64,000 nucleotides of DNA, from the NCBI GenBank assembly GCA_963699805.1, contig CAVOVH010000002.1, positions 118,220 through 182,219 on the forward strand, read 5' to 3'. Every line of letters begins with the position of its first letter. Within the stretch, counting starts at the first letter, position 1. The DNA comes from an uncultured Cytophagales bacterium (GTDB lineage Bacteria > Bacteroidota > Bacteroidia > Cytophagales > Cyclobacteriaceae). Shown here one piece after another: positions 1 through 7,984 of the stretch. The notes beneath the pieces were generated by a model. That model was given only the letters and a program-made list of their open reading frames with translations. It did not search any database and had not been told where the DNA came from. The position numbers were made by a program, and so were the translations under genes.

Positions 1-1254
1 ATATAACTCTTCATCCGGCTTTGTCTGTGCGAACCATAATTCCTGATCGGCGTTGAGTTCTCCTGCTTCATGGGCCCGGATCAATTCCTGCATCAGATCC
101 ATCTGCATTCGGTATTCAATATCCATGATATAAGGTTTCCCCGGTTGAAAATTCTTAAAATATTTATACTGTTTATCCCTGACTCCCCGTACCATATCAT
201 ATTCATCATCGAGGCGGTCACGTGCGGCGAATATGTAGGACCTCGGATTAGCCTGTTCGGGGCCCAGGAAAGCCTGTCCCTGCAAATGGTCAGGGATGGG
301 ATAATGGGTCAGTGATAAAAGCGTTGGGGCAAAGTCAACAAAGCTGATCAGTTCGTCCACCACCATTCCTGCCATTTGTCTATCCGGGAACCGTATGATC
401 AAGGGAACTTTCAATCCGGTATCATAGATTTCCCTTTTCTGTCGGGGTAAGGGGCCACCATGATCTGAATAAAAAAAGATAACGGTACTTTCAAGGAGTC
501 CTTCCTTTTTCAATTCAGCAATCACCAACCCAGCCAGTGAATCCATTTCATAAAGGTTGGAGTAATTCCGGGCCAATTCATTTCGCACCACTTCATTGTC
601 GGGATAATAGGGGGGAACCTTCAGCGCTGCCGGATCCACTCGTAAAGGGTGATTCTTATTTCCCCACATGCCCGATTCATGGCATACTGTAAAATTAAAG
701 ATGGCAAAAAAGGGTTGTCCTTCCGCCCGGTTTTTCCAGTGAGCTTCGTTACTGCTTTCATCCCAGGCCGTAACTGGCGGAATGAATTGATAATCCTGTT
801 TACTGTTATTGGTACAATAATATCCATTCCTCCGGAGGTATTCCGAATAACATTTGACATATTCAGGTATCACCACTGAATAGGTGGGGACTGGCTGGTA
901 TGGAGGTGAACCAAGGGTCCGCATATGGTGAGTCCCAATACTGGTGGGATACATCCCGGTGATCAAAGCCGAACGACTCGGGGCACACACGCCTGCTACT
1001 GAATACACATTGGTAAAACGGACCCCTTCCCCTGCCAGTTGATCCAGATTCGGTGTTTCTGCGATGAGGTCACCATAACATCCCAGGGTAGGCATCTGGT
1101 CCTCACAGGTGATCCAGACGATGTTGGGCTTTTCCGGTAGTTGAATTTCCTTTAAATGGGTATATGGATCGGCAATTTCTTTTTGGTTGGCCGGCTGTTG
1201 CGAACAGTTATAGTAAAAAAAAATAGGAAGAATAATAAAAATGAGCTTTTTCAT
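1..1254 (-). CDS. Sulfatase (Cys-type, formylglycine-dependent), first 418 codons; the 3' end lies beyond the window edge
   Basis: Absent from the ORF track because there is no stop in the window. My own translation from ATG at 1254 gives MKKLIFIILPIFFYYNCSQQ (signal/lipoprotein-like), NIVWITCEDQ, SVAGVCAPSRSALITGMYP (C-x-P-x-R motif) and FFYSDHGGP. The frame stays open to base 1. Confidence 0.85.
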   Translation of the reverse strand, partial: MKKLIFIILPIFFYYNCSQQPANQKEIADPYTHLKEIQLPEKPNIVWITCEDQMPTLGCYGDLIAETPNLDQLAGEGVRFTNVYSVAGVCAPSRSALITGMYPTSIGTHHMRTLGSPPYQPVPTYSVVIPEYVKCYSEYLRRNGYYCTNNSKQDYQFIPPVTAWDESSNEAHWKNRAEGQPFFAIFNFTVCHESGMWGNKNHPLRVDPAALKVPPYYPDNEVVRNELARNYSNLYEMDSLAGLVIAELKKEGLLESTVIFFYSDHGGPLPRQKREIYDTGLKVPLIIRFPDRQMAGMVVDELISFVDFAPTLLSLTHYPIPDHLQGQAFLGPEQANPRSYIFAARDRLDDEYDMVRGVRDKQYKYFKNFQPGKPYIMDIEYRMQMDLMQELIRAHEAGELNADQELWFAQTKPDEELY

Positions 1255-1375
1255 ACCTGAAAAATATGAAGTATGGTCTGATCAAATTTAATGAAAAATA
1301 GAAATAACCCGAAAAATTACCAATTTTTTCCCACAAAGGCGTTGGTATTGGATTGAAAGCGGAAAGTCACAGATT

Positions 1376-2752
1376 TTACACGGTTACGATCCTGTAATCT
1401 TTTCCGTTCCGCAAAAAGGACTGAAGGATACGCTGAATATCCTGATTGTCCGGAAAGTATTTAATATAATTTTTTAACTGGGAGGAATGCAGGATCTCGG
1501 CTTGGTTATCATAAAATCCAAATCCCAGGTATTTACCCTGTTCTATCCAGACCACTGAAGATTCCTCCCTGTTCCGGCCCGGCCCGATGATGGCTGCAGA
1601 GAGATTTTCCTGGGAAAAAGACTGGAGAACTTTGTTCACCCTTTTATTGTACCTGGCTGGTTTTTCCTCTCCCAGGCAAGCCCCGTAACATTTATGGATG
1701 CGGTAGTCAAAACAGGATCCCGGTGATTTCTGTAAACCAGTAAGCTTGGGGCATAATTCAAATTCATCCGTTTTATTTTTCAGGAAGTTTCTGGCTTCAT
1801 TCAATGATTTGAACAAAACAATGGGACGCCCGGCGATATGAGTCCGGCTGATCGAAAATCTTTTATAACCACGTTGATCTTCATATAGATAGATCCCGTA
1901 ATTCCAGGTAACTCTTTTTTGAGCCTGATTATACAACGGCCATAATCTTTTAATTTCATAATTCTCAAAAAGTAATGATACGAGCTCGTTGCCGCAAAGC
2001 TCATAACTGATCCCATGAATTTCCCTGAACATATGTTGCTTTTGGGTGGTTTCCGATCCTGGAGTGAAATGACTTTTTACCCGTTTCCTGATATTCTTGG
2101 CTTTCCCGACATAGATCACTTTTCCTTTGATGTCAAAGAAATAATAAACTCCGGGCTCCTCCGGAAGATGTTCAAACTGTTCCCTGGGAAGATTAGGGGG
2201 TAAGCTGGCTTCGTAGGAATTCTTTTTCAAAGATTGTTCAATATGCCCGTCTTTATCAGAGGCCTGCAGGATCTCAAAAACCTTCACCGTGGCTTCCGCA
2301 TCACCGAAAGCCCGGTGCCGGGAATTGATCTCAATATTCAATTGCCTGGCCAGGTTGCCAAGGCTATAGGAAGGAAGTCCGGGCAGTATTTTTCTGGCGA
2401 GCCGGACCGTACATAATTTTCTGGCCTGGAAATCTCCCCCAAGATATTTAAATTCCTGGCGAATGAAATTATAGTCAAAATTCACATTGTGCGCCACAAA
2501 TATTTTTTTATCCAGCAGTTGATAAATGGTCTTGGCCACCTCATAAAACTTAGGTGCATTTTCGACCATTTGGTTGGTGATTCCGGTTAGGGAACTGATA
2601 TAGGGAGGAATAATAGATTCCGGATTGATAAGACTGTGGAATTTATTAACGATTTTTTCACCGTTATATATATAAATGGCGATCTCAGTGATCTTGTTTC
2701 TTTGCGTATAATTTCCTGTGGTTTCTATGTCTACAATTGCATACATATCCAA
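1376..2752 (-). CDS. DnaQ-like 3'-5' exonuclease fused to a GIY-YIG (UvrC/Cho-like) nuclease domain
   Basis: 458 aa. DEDDh motifs are present (DIETTGN, AHNVNFDYNF, HRAFGDAEAT). These are followed by a GIY-YIG region (GVYYFFDIKGKVIYVGKAKNIRKRVKSHF) and a Cys-rich UvrC-like segment. Confidence 0.85.
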   Translation of the reverse strand: MDMYAIVDIETTGNYTQRNKITEIAIYIYNGEKIVNKFHSLINPESIIPPYISSLTGITNQMVENAPKFYEVAKTIYQLLDKKIFVAHNVNFDYNFIRQEFKYLGGDFQARKLCTVRLARKILPGLPSYSLGNLARQLNIEINSRHRAFGDAEATVKVFEILQASDKDGHIEQSLKKNSYEASLPPNLPREQFEHLPEEPGVYYFFDIKGKVIYVGKAKNIRKRVKSHFTPGSETTQKQHMFREIHGISYELCGNELVSLLFENYEIKRLWPLYNQAQKRVTWNYGIYLYEDQRGYKRFSISRTHIAGRPIVLFKSLNEARNFLKNKTDEFELCPKLTGLQKSPGSCFDYRIHKCYGACLGEEKPARYNKRVNKVLQSFSQENLSAAIIGPGRNREESSVVWIEQGKYLGFGFYDNQAEILHSSQLKNYIKYFPDNQDIQRILQSFLRNGKDYRIVTV

Positions 2753-2832
2753 TACCTAAAAAGCCATCCGACTCATTGATCGATCTTAAGATCTGAAAGG
2801 GTATGATGATGTTTCATCACGGTTCAAATCGA

Positions 2833-3531
2833 TTAAAAATAATAATAACTTCCCAGGATCTCTTTTTCGGGAAATTTATTTAATGGGTATAATTTAGAAT
2901 GTTTCTGACAAAAATCCGTTTTCCCGGGCTGTTTCTTGACAAATACATTCCGTAATATTTCAATTCCATTAAATTCCCGTTTAAATTCCTTTTGTAACAG
3001 ACAGGTAATATCCATCAGGGGTCTTTGCCTGTTTAAATACTTTCTTCGTGAGCCGGCCGAAATGATCACTGGCACCACTGAAGTTAAACGCGACATTCTG
3101 GAGCTGGCTGTTTGGGTCAGGATTGCAAAATGACAATCCTCAGGGCCATCCTGTGACTTTTTCCGGTAAAGATAAATGCCTGCCATGGTGATCACCGGTT
3201 CAGCGGGGAAAAAAATAAAATAATATTTTTCATCGTGTTCCACAAAGAAACCATTGGCCGGGATGAGACACCGGTTTTTGCGTATTGCAAGGCGGGAATC
3301 CCTGTTTTTAACGATTCCTTCCGACTTGAACCAGGTTTTCAGCGATCCTTTCAGACTGGGCATGCCCCAGATGCCTGAAATTATTTTTCCAATGGAATCC
3401 GGCTGGATAATGGGTAATTCAAGACCGGATTTACCCACAAATACCGGATCAAAATGCATGGTAAATTCCGCAGTAAGCTGATTTTCAATTCTCACAGCCT
3501 CGGAACCGATGGAATAATAGGGAAGTAACAT
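2833..3531 (-). CDS. SRAP (SOS-response-associated peptidase / YedK-HMCES)-like protein lacking the N-terminal catalytic Cys
   Basis: 232 aa. Blocks resembling YedK: HFDPVFVGK, RCLIPANGFFVEH, KYYFIFF, ITMAGIY, FAILTQTAS...VVPVII. The N-terminus is MLLPYY rather than MCGR, and an in-frame TGA immediately precedes the ATG. Confidence 0.6.
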   Translation of the reverse strand: MLLPYYSIGSEAVRIENQLTAEFTMHFDPVFVGKSGLELPIIQPDSIGKIISGIWGMPSLKGSLKTWFKSEGIVKNRDSRLAIRKNRCLIPANGFFVEHDEKYYFIFFPAEPVITMAGIYLYRKKSQDGPEDCHFAILTQTASSRMSRLTSVVPVIISAGSRRKYLNRQRPLMDITCLLQKEFKREFNGIEILRNVFVKKQPGKTDFCQKHSKLYPLNKFPEKEILGSYYYF

Positions 3532-3601
3532 TCAGCCAGTTAAATTAGCTATGCTAAATATAGTGAATTAAAAACTAAAAAAATTAGATTTACTAAAAAA
3601 A

Positions 3602-3967
3602 TTAAACTTCCTGGATGATTCCGTGTGGGGCAGGTTTCCCAAAGGTATCAATGTGTACAAAGATGATTTTTTCAATACGGATGATCTCAACCTGCGTAAT
3701 TTTATTCCGTACCAGACAGCGTACGGTAATGCTGGTCCGTCCGATGGATACTACTTCCATGCCGATCTCCACGATGTCACCATTCTGGGCTGAGCTTATA
3801 AAATTAATTTCAGACATGTACTTGGTGACCACACTTTTGGTTTTGAGCTGACCCATTACAAAAATGGCGGCCTCTTCATCGATCCAGCCCAGGAGTATTC
3901 CCCCGAAAAGTGTACCCCTGGAATTAAGATCCTGTGGTTTTACTAATTTTCTGCTTAAAAACTGCAT
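3602..3967 (-). CDS. Acyl-CoA thioesterase, hotdog fold (YciA-like)
   Basis: 121 aa. Contains the GTLFGGILLGWIDEEAAIF motif, and size is typical of single hotdog thioesterases. Confidence 0.75.
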   Translation of the reverse strand: MQFLSRKLVKPQDLNSRGTLFGGILLGWIDEEAAIFVMGQLKTKSVVTKYMSEINFISSAQNGDIVEIGMEVVSIGRTSITVRCLVRNKITQVEIIRIEKIIFVHIDTFGKPAPHGIIQEV

Positions 3968-4090
3968 ATTTTTTCTTCTTAAGAATGGATCTTAAGATAA
4001 GAGATTTCTTTAACTTATTCAGGATTATATGGAATTTATCTGTATCAGGAATCGCAATGATTATACCGGGTGGGTAAAAAGGTCCATAAT

Positions 4091-4492
4091 TCATTTCACA
4101 AAGGATGCACCGGCTCTTGCAAGGTTAATGATTCCTCCTTTGATATTATAACTTTTCTTAAATCCTTGCTTGCGCATCAAATGAACAATGGAATGGCTGC
4201 GAGCACCGGACTGGCAGTAAACATAATAAGTTTTAGACAAGTCGAATTCAAGTAATCGCTCTTCGGTTCCGGGAGTATATATGTCAACCAATACAGCTCC
4301 TGGTAAATGTCCACTCTCAAATTCCTGCCTGGTCCGGACATCAAGAACAACTGAAATGGCAGGATCGTTCTCCTTTAAGAAATCTTCAGCCGATATTTCA
4401 ATTGAACTGGAAGTGGCGGAATCGCATGAATATTCCAGATACGATAAAATTACAAGCCATATTAGATAAGATAAGATCTTTATTTTCATCAT
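4091..4492 (-). CDS. Rhodanese-domain protein, exported/lipoprotein-like
   Basis: The track ORF starts at TTG 4501; the likely ATG is at 4492 or 4489 (MMKIKILSYLIWLVILSYLEYSC). Active-site loop is CQSGARS. Confidence 0.8.
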   Translation of the reverse strand: MMKIKILSYLIWLVILSYLEYSCDSATSSSIEISAEDFLKENDPAISVVLDVRTRQEFESGHLPGAVLVDIYTPGTEERLLEFDLSKTYYVYCQSGARSHSIVHLMRKQGFKKSYNIKGGIINLARAGASFVK

Positions 4493-4565
4493 AGGATCCA
4501 AAGTTTTCTATTGATCATTCAAACCTCCGTGTTGGTATTGGGGCATGGATTCATTAAAAGGGATC

Positions 4566-4623
4566 CGGCCCGCCCTAGCAGATCCGCCTTGTATGTATTG
4601 ACAGATCCTGCCTGGGCGGACGG
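4566..4623 (-). terminator. GC-rich imperfect hairpin between the two rhodanese genes (terminator, attenuator or processing site)
   Basis: Arms at 4570-4584 (ccgccctagcagatc) and 4604-4619 (gatcctgcctgggcgg) pair with two bulges. On the coding (-) strand the hairpin is followed by atcccttttaat. It is unusually GC-rich for this window. Confidence 0.3.
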
Positions 4624-4638
4624 GTTTATATGAGTCTA

Positions 4639-4995
4639 TTACACTAAGGGTCCCTGCCAGCCCATTAAGCCGAATTTCACATTGTAGAGATTTTTTAAAC
4701 CTGCTTCTGCCATTACCCGACAGGCTGTCATACTCCGGCTGCCACTTCTGCAATACACATAATATGTTTTATCAGGATCGAGTTGGCCTGCCGTACTCCT
4801 GAAAGAAGGATCCATCAGGTTCAGCAGTTTTGCATCCGGGATATGACCGGAATTAAATTCACCAGGTGTCCTTACATCAATGATCTCAAAATTATTTTTT
4901 TTATTTTGATTCTTGAGGATATCTTCCAGTTGATCGCAGAATATATGCTCAAATTTTTCAGCTGTTTTACCAAATATGTTAAACATGTTTTTCAA
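4639..4995 (-). CDS. Single-domain rhodanese (sulfurtransferase)
   Basis: 118 aa. Contains IIDVRTPGEFNSGHIP and the active-site loop CRSGSRS. Confidence 0.85.
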   Translation of the reverse strand: MKNMFNIFGKTAEKFEHIFCDQLEDILKNQNKKNNFEIIDVRTPGEFNSGHIPDAKLLNLMDPSFRSTAGQLDPDKTYYVYCRSGSRSMTACRVMAEAGLKNLYNVKFGLMGWQGPLV

Positions 4996-5089
4996 ATTTA
5001 TGGTATTAATTGAATTAAAATTCCCCTTTTACATCCTCAGGATGTGAAATTTCATAAGAGGGGAATCGATTGTGAATAAAGGCTGGGAT

Positions 5090-6466
5090 TCAGGAATTCA
5101 CTTTTTCAGTCTTGAATTCTTTGATCCCTTCGCTCAGATCATAAACGGTTGTTCCAGGCAGGGCATTTTCCAGGATACTGGAACCCGTGGCTGATCTGTA
5201 ACCACCCTCACAGTGTACTACGATTTGTTTATCCGTTGGAACTTCATGTACCCGCTCCCGCAATTCATGCAAGGGGATGTTGATCGAATTCTCAAAATAG
5301 AGATTATTTTTTCGTTCCGACTCCACCCTGACATCGACAATGGTAAAATTCTGTGGATATGTTTTTAATCCATCCAAATTGAGTTCAGGATGGATCTGTG
5401 TACCATAAGATGGATTGAGCAAGGCTCCTTTGATGTTCTTTTCATAGCCGATTTTGGCGGATCTTCTTATCACACCATGTAAAGATTTTTCATCTTCTGC
5501 AATGAGATAGAATTTTTCCTCCGGGCCAATGATGGAACCCAACCAGGTTTCAAATTTTCCATCTTCGATGATATTGATGGCTCCAGGTACATGACCGGCA
5601 TTGTATTTTTTCCTTGACCGGGTATCCACCACAACAGTGCCTTCTTCAAGTCGGGTTTCCCGGTTCAGGATGGGCACCTTTTTTACACTTTCCTCAAAAT
5701 CTTCGGCCCCTTCTTTATTTACGCCAACATCAAATCCAAAATATTTAGGGATATAGGGTTGGTCTTCGAGCAGGATATTTACAAATTCATCCTCATTCAT
5801 TTCCTGCAGGGCATAATTTTCTTCCAACTGTCTGCCAATTGTACTGTACAGATCCTTACTGAGGGATTTTCCACAGAGTGAGCCTGAACCATGCGCCGGA
5901 TAGACCACAACATCTTTTTCAAGCTGCATCAGTATATTCCGCGTTGACCGGTACATATCCCTGGCCAACTGTTCTCGTTTGGCTGTGATGTTACCTGCAT
6001 TCTCCCGCAGATCAGGTCGCCCGACATCCCCTATGAACAAGGTATCACCGGTAAAGACCGCCTGTCCTTTACCTTTTTCATCAACCGCCAGGATGCTGAT
6101 GCTGTCCGGTGAATGACCCGGTGTATTCATGGCTTTTAAAGTACAATCGCCCACTTTCAGCATCTCCCCGGTATCGAAAGTTTCATGGGGATAATCGGCT
6201 CCGAGGAGTTCGCTCACATAGATTTTTGCACCTGTTCTTTTGGCAATCTCAAGATGTGAACTTACAAAATCGGCGTGCGGATGAGTCTCGATCACCGCCT
6301 TGATATTGCCTCCTTTTTCATCGGCATAATCGATATAAGGCTGTGGATCCCGAGCCGGATCCACCAGTGCAACGTCTCCCTTACAATAAATGGCGTAGGA
6401 AGCGTGCGCAAGTGTTTCATCGTAAAATTGTTTGATTTCCATATTTATTCTTTTTTTATTTTTCAT
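5090..6466 (-). CDS. Metallo-beta-lactamase-fold persulfide dioxygenase fused to rhodanese domains (Blh/CstB-like)
   Basis: 458 aa. N-terminal MBL fold (ETHPHADFVSSH, PGHSPDS). C-terminal rhodanese region has VVDTRSRKKYNAGHVPGAINI and the loop CEGGYRS. The ATG at 6466 overlaps the tauE stop (ATGA); an alternative start is ATG 6442 (MEIKQFYD). Confidence 0.85.
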   Translation of the reverse strand: MKNKKRINMEIKQFYDETLAHASYAIYCKGDVALVDPARDPQPYIDYADEKGGNIKAVIETHPHADFVSSHLEIAKRTGAKIYVSELLGADYPHETFDTGEMLKVGDCTLKAMNTPGHSPDSISILAVDEKGKGQAVFTGDTLFIGDVGRPDLRENAGNITAKREQLARDMYRSTRNILMQLEKDVVVYPAHGSGSLCGKSLSKDLYSTIGRQLEENYALQEMNEDEFVNILLEDQPYIPKYFGFDVGVNKEGAEDFEESVKKVPILNRETRLEEGTVVVDTRSRKKYNAGHVPGAINIIEDGKFETWLGSIIGPEEKFYLIAEDEKSLHGVIRRSAKIGYEKNIKGALLNPSYGTQIHPELNLDGLKTYPQNFTIVDVRVESERKNNLYFENSINIPLHELRERVHEVPTDKQIVVHCEGGYRSATGSSILENALPGTTVYDLSEGIKEFKTEKVNS

Positions 6467-7467
6467 ATAAATAATTCGTTGACAAGAATATAAATGGACA
6501 TGACGAGGACAAACCAGCCAAATCCCTTTTTAAGCTTATTCCCATCTATGAATTTTGTGGCATAGGTACCTGCAAAGATACCGATTACTGAAAGGCCTGT
6601 AAATGACAGCAAAAACGTCCAGGCAATCTCCTGGTTCCCGATGTCTCCCAGAAATCCCAACAGGGAATTTACTGAAATAATGAGAAGCGAAGTCCCGATG
6701 GCTATTTTCATGGGCAAACCGGCCAGCAATACCAGGGCAGGGATGATCAGAAATCCCCCACCGGCACCAATCAGTCCCGTAATGGTCCCCACAAGCCCTC
6801 CTTCAAGTACGATCACGGGATAGTTATGTAATAATCCTTTCGGTTCAATATCTTCTGTCTGTTCCTTTCTTCCTTTGATCATAGAGAAGGACGACAAGAA
6901 CATGATAATGGCAAAAAACACCATGATCCCAACGTTTTTTGTCAGGGTGAAATCCCCGAGTACGATCAGATGATCCGGTATTTTCGGAATAATGAATTGT
7001 CGAACAATAAAGACCATGATGGCGGCTGGTGTGACCAGCAGGAATGCTTTTAAATGTTTTTTACTTCCCCGGAAGGTCATATTCAGGCTGAGCAGGGATA
7101 CAGCCAGCATCACCCCAATCAATATCAAGATGAAGAGTAAATCGGTGGTGATGTCTAGTTCTCCAATGGTAAATAATTGTTCCGGGATGGTTGGAAGAAG
7201 AAACCTTCTGGTTAGAAAAACGGCCAGGAGGGAAGGAACTGCAAACACAATGGCTGTTTTATAACTCAGTAACCCCTTTTTCATATAATTCAAGGCCCCT
7301 ACGGAAGCTGAAATACCCACCACAAATAATGAATAAGCGGTGGCAAGTACCGGCTCAATCTGGAACAGATACACCAACACAGGGACGGTAAGGATCGATC
7401 CCCCGCCCCCGATGAATCCCAGCGTAAATCCTATTAAGATCGCTATCAGAAAACCCAATGTCTCCAT
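6463..7467 (-). CDS. TauE/SafE-family sulfite/organosulfur anion exporter with an internal tandem duplication
   Basis: 334 aa, polytopic. Paired GGGS/GAGGG motifs (GFIGGGGSILTVP and GLIGAGGGFLIIP) are typical of TauE/SafE. Confidence 0.85.
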   Translation of the reverse strand: METLGFLIAILIGFTLGFIGGGGSILTVPVLVYLFQIEPVLATAYSLFVVGISASVGALNYMKKGLLSYKTAIVFAVPSLLAVFLTRRFLLPTIPEQLFTIGELDITTDLLFILILIGVMLAVSLLSLNMTFRGSKKHLKAFLLVTPAAIMVFIVRQFIIPKIPDHLIVLGDFTLTKNVGIMVFFAIIMFLSSFSMIKGRKEQTEDIEPKGLLHNYPVIVLEGGLVGTITGLIGAGGGFLIIPALVLLAGLPMKIAIGTSLLIISVNSLLGFLGDIGNQEIAWTFLLSFTGLSVIGIFAGTYATKFIDGNKLKKGFGWFVLVMSIYILVNELFI

Positions 7468-7513
7468 TATTTCATATGATTAATTTGTCATATGATCGAT
7501 GAAAAAAAGAGAC

Positions 7514-7843
7514 TTACAATACCTCACACTGATTCATACATTTAATAACATCCACTACTTCGGGCATTTTAAGGTAGTAATTGATATTTTTACCGCTTCT
7601 TTCGCTTCCCAGGATGCCGGCCAGTTTCATGTTTGATAAATGATGAGAGGTGAGGGATTGTTCAGAGTTCAGATGTCTGCAAATATCATTCACGCAAAGC
7701 CGGTCATTCTCCACGAGCAAACCAATGATCCCAATTCTTAATGGATGGGCAATGGTTTTAAGGATAAATGAAACTTTCTCAAGTTTTTCAATATCGGTAA
7801 TCGCCTGCAGGTTGATTCCCTGAACCTTTTCAATTTCTGCCAT
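7514..7843 (-). CDS. ArsR/SmtB-family transcriptional repressor, probably a BigR/SqrR-type thiol-based (per)sulfide sensor
   Basis: 109 aa winged HTH (HPLRIGIIGLL...LCVNDICRHLNSEQSLTSHHLSNMKLAGIL). Cys50/Cys55 lie near the HTH and Cys102/Cys106 in the C-terminal helix. It is the first gene of the TauE-PDO-rhodanese operon. Confidence 0.8.
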   Translation of the reverse strand: MAEIEKVQGINLQAITDIEKLEKVSFILKTIAHPLRIGIIGLLVENDRLCVNDICRHLNSEQSLTSHHLSNMKLAGILGSERSGKNINYYLKMPEVVDVIKCMNQCEVL

Positions 7844-7870
7844 TTCAATGATTTTTTATTGATATAAACG

Positions 7871-7901
7871 CAAACATATGAACATATGTTCAGATGTCAA
7901 A
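7871..7901 (-). promoter_or_regulatory. Bacteroidota sigma-A type promoter (-33 TTTG / N19 / -7 TAnnTTTG) for the ArsR-led operon
   Basis: The minus strand reads TTTG-ACATCTGAACATATGTTCA-TATGTTTG. The -7 box ends 27 nt upstream of the ATG at 7843. Confidence 0.5.
7874..7897. promoter_or_regulatory. Palindromic operator candidate for the ArsR-family repressor
   Basis: Perfect 14-bp palindrome TGAACATATGTTCA at 7879-7892. It extends to a 24-bp inverted repeat (7874-7897) with one mismatch and lies entirely inside the promoter spacer. Confidence 0.55.
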
Positions 7902-7932
7902 GCACTTTTTTTACTAAATTTAATAGGAAGGC

Positions 7933-7972
7933 AAAAAAAAAGTCACTCCGATAAACCAGGGTGACTTTTTTT
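7933..7972 (-). terminator. Intrinsic terminator downstream of clpC
   Basis: The minus strand reads AAAAAAAGTCAC-cctggtttatcgga-GTGACTTTTTTTTT, a stem followed by a T-tract. It starts 13 nt after the clpC stop. Confidence 0.55.
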
Positions 7973-7984
7973 GATAAGTCGTAA

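Noticed and set aside
70-879. Track ORFs 70-315(+), 621-860(-) and 649-879(+).
   Set aside because: They lie inside, and out of frame with or antisense to, the clearly sulfatase-encoding open frame 1-1254(-).
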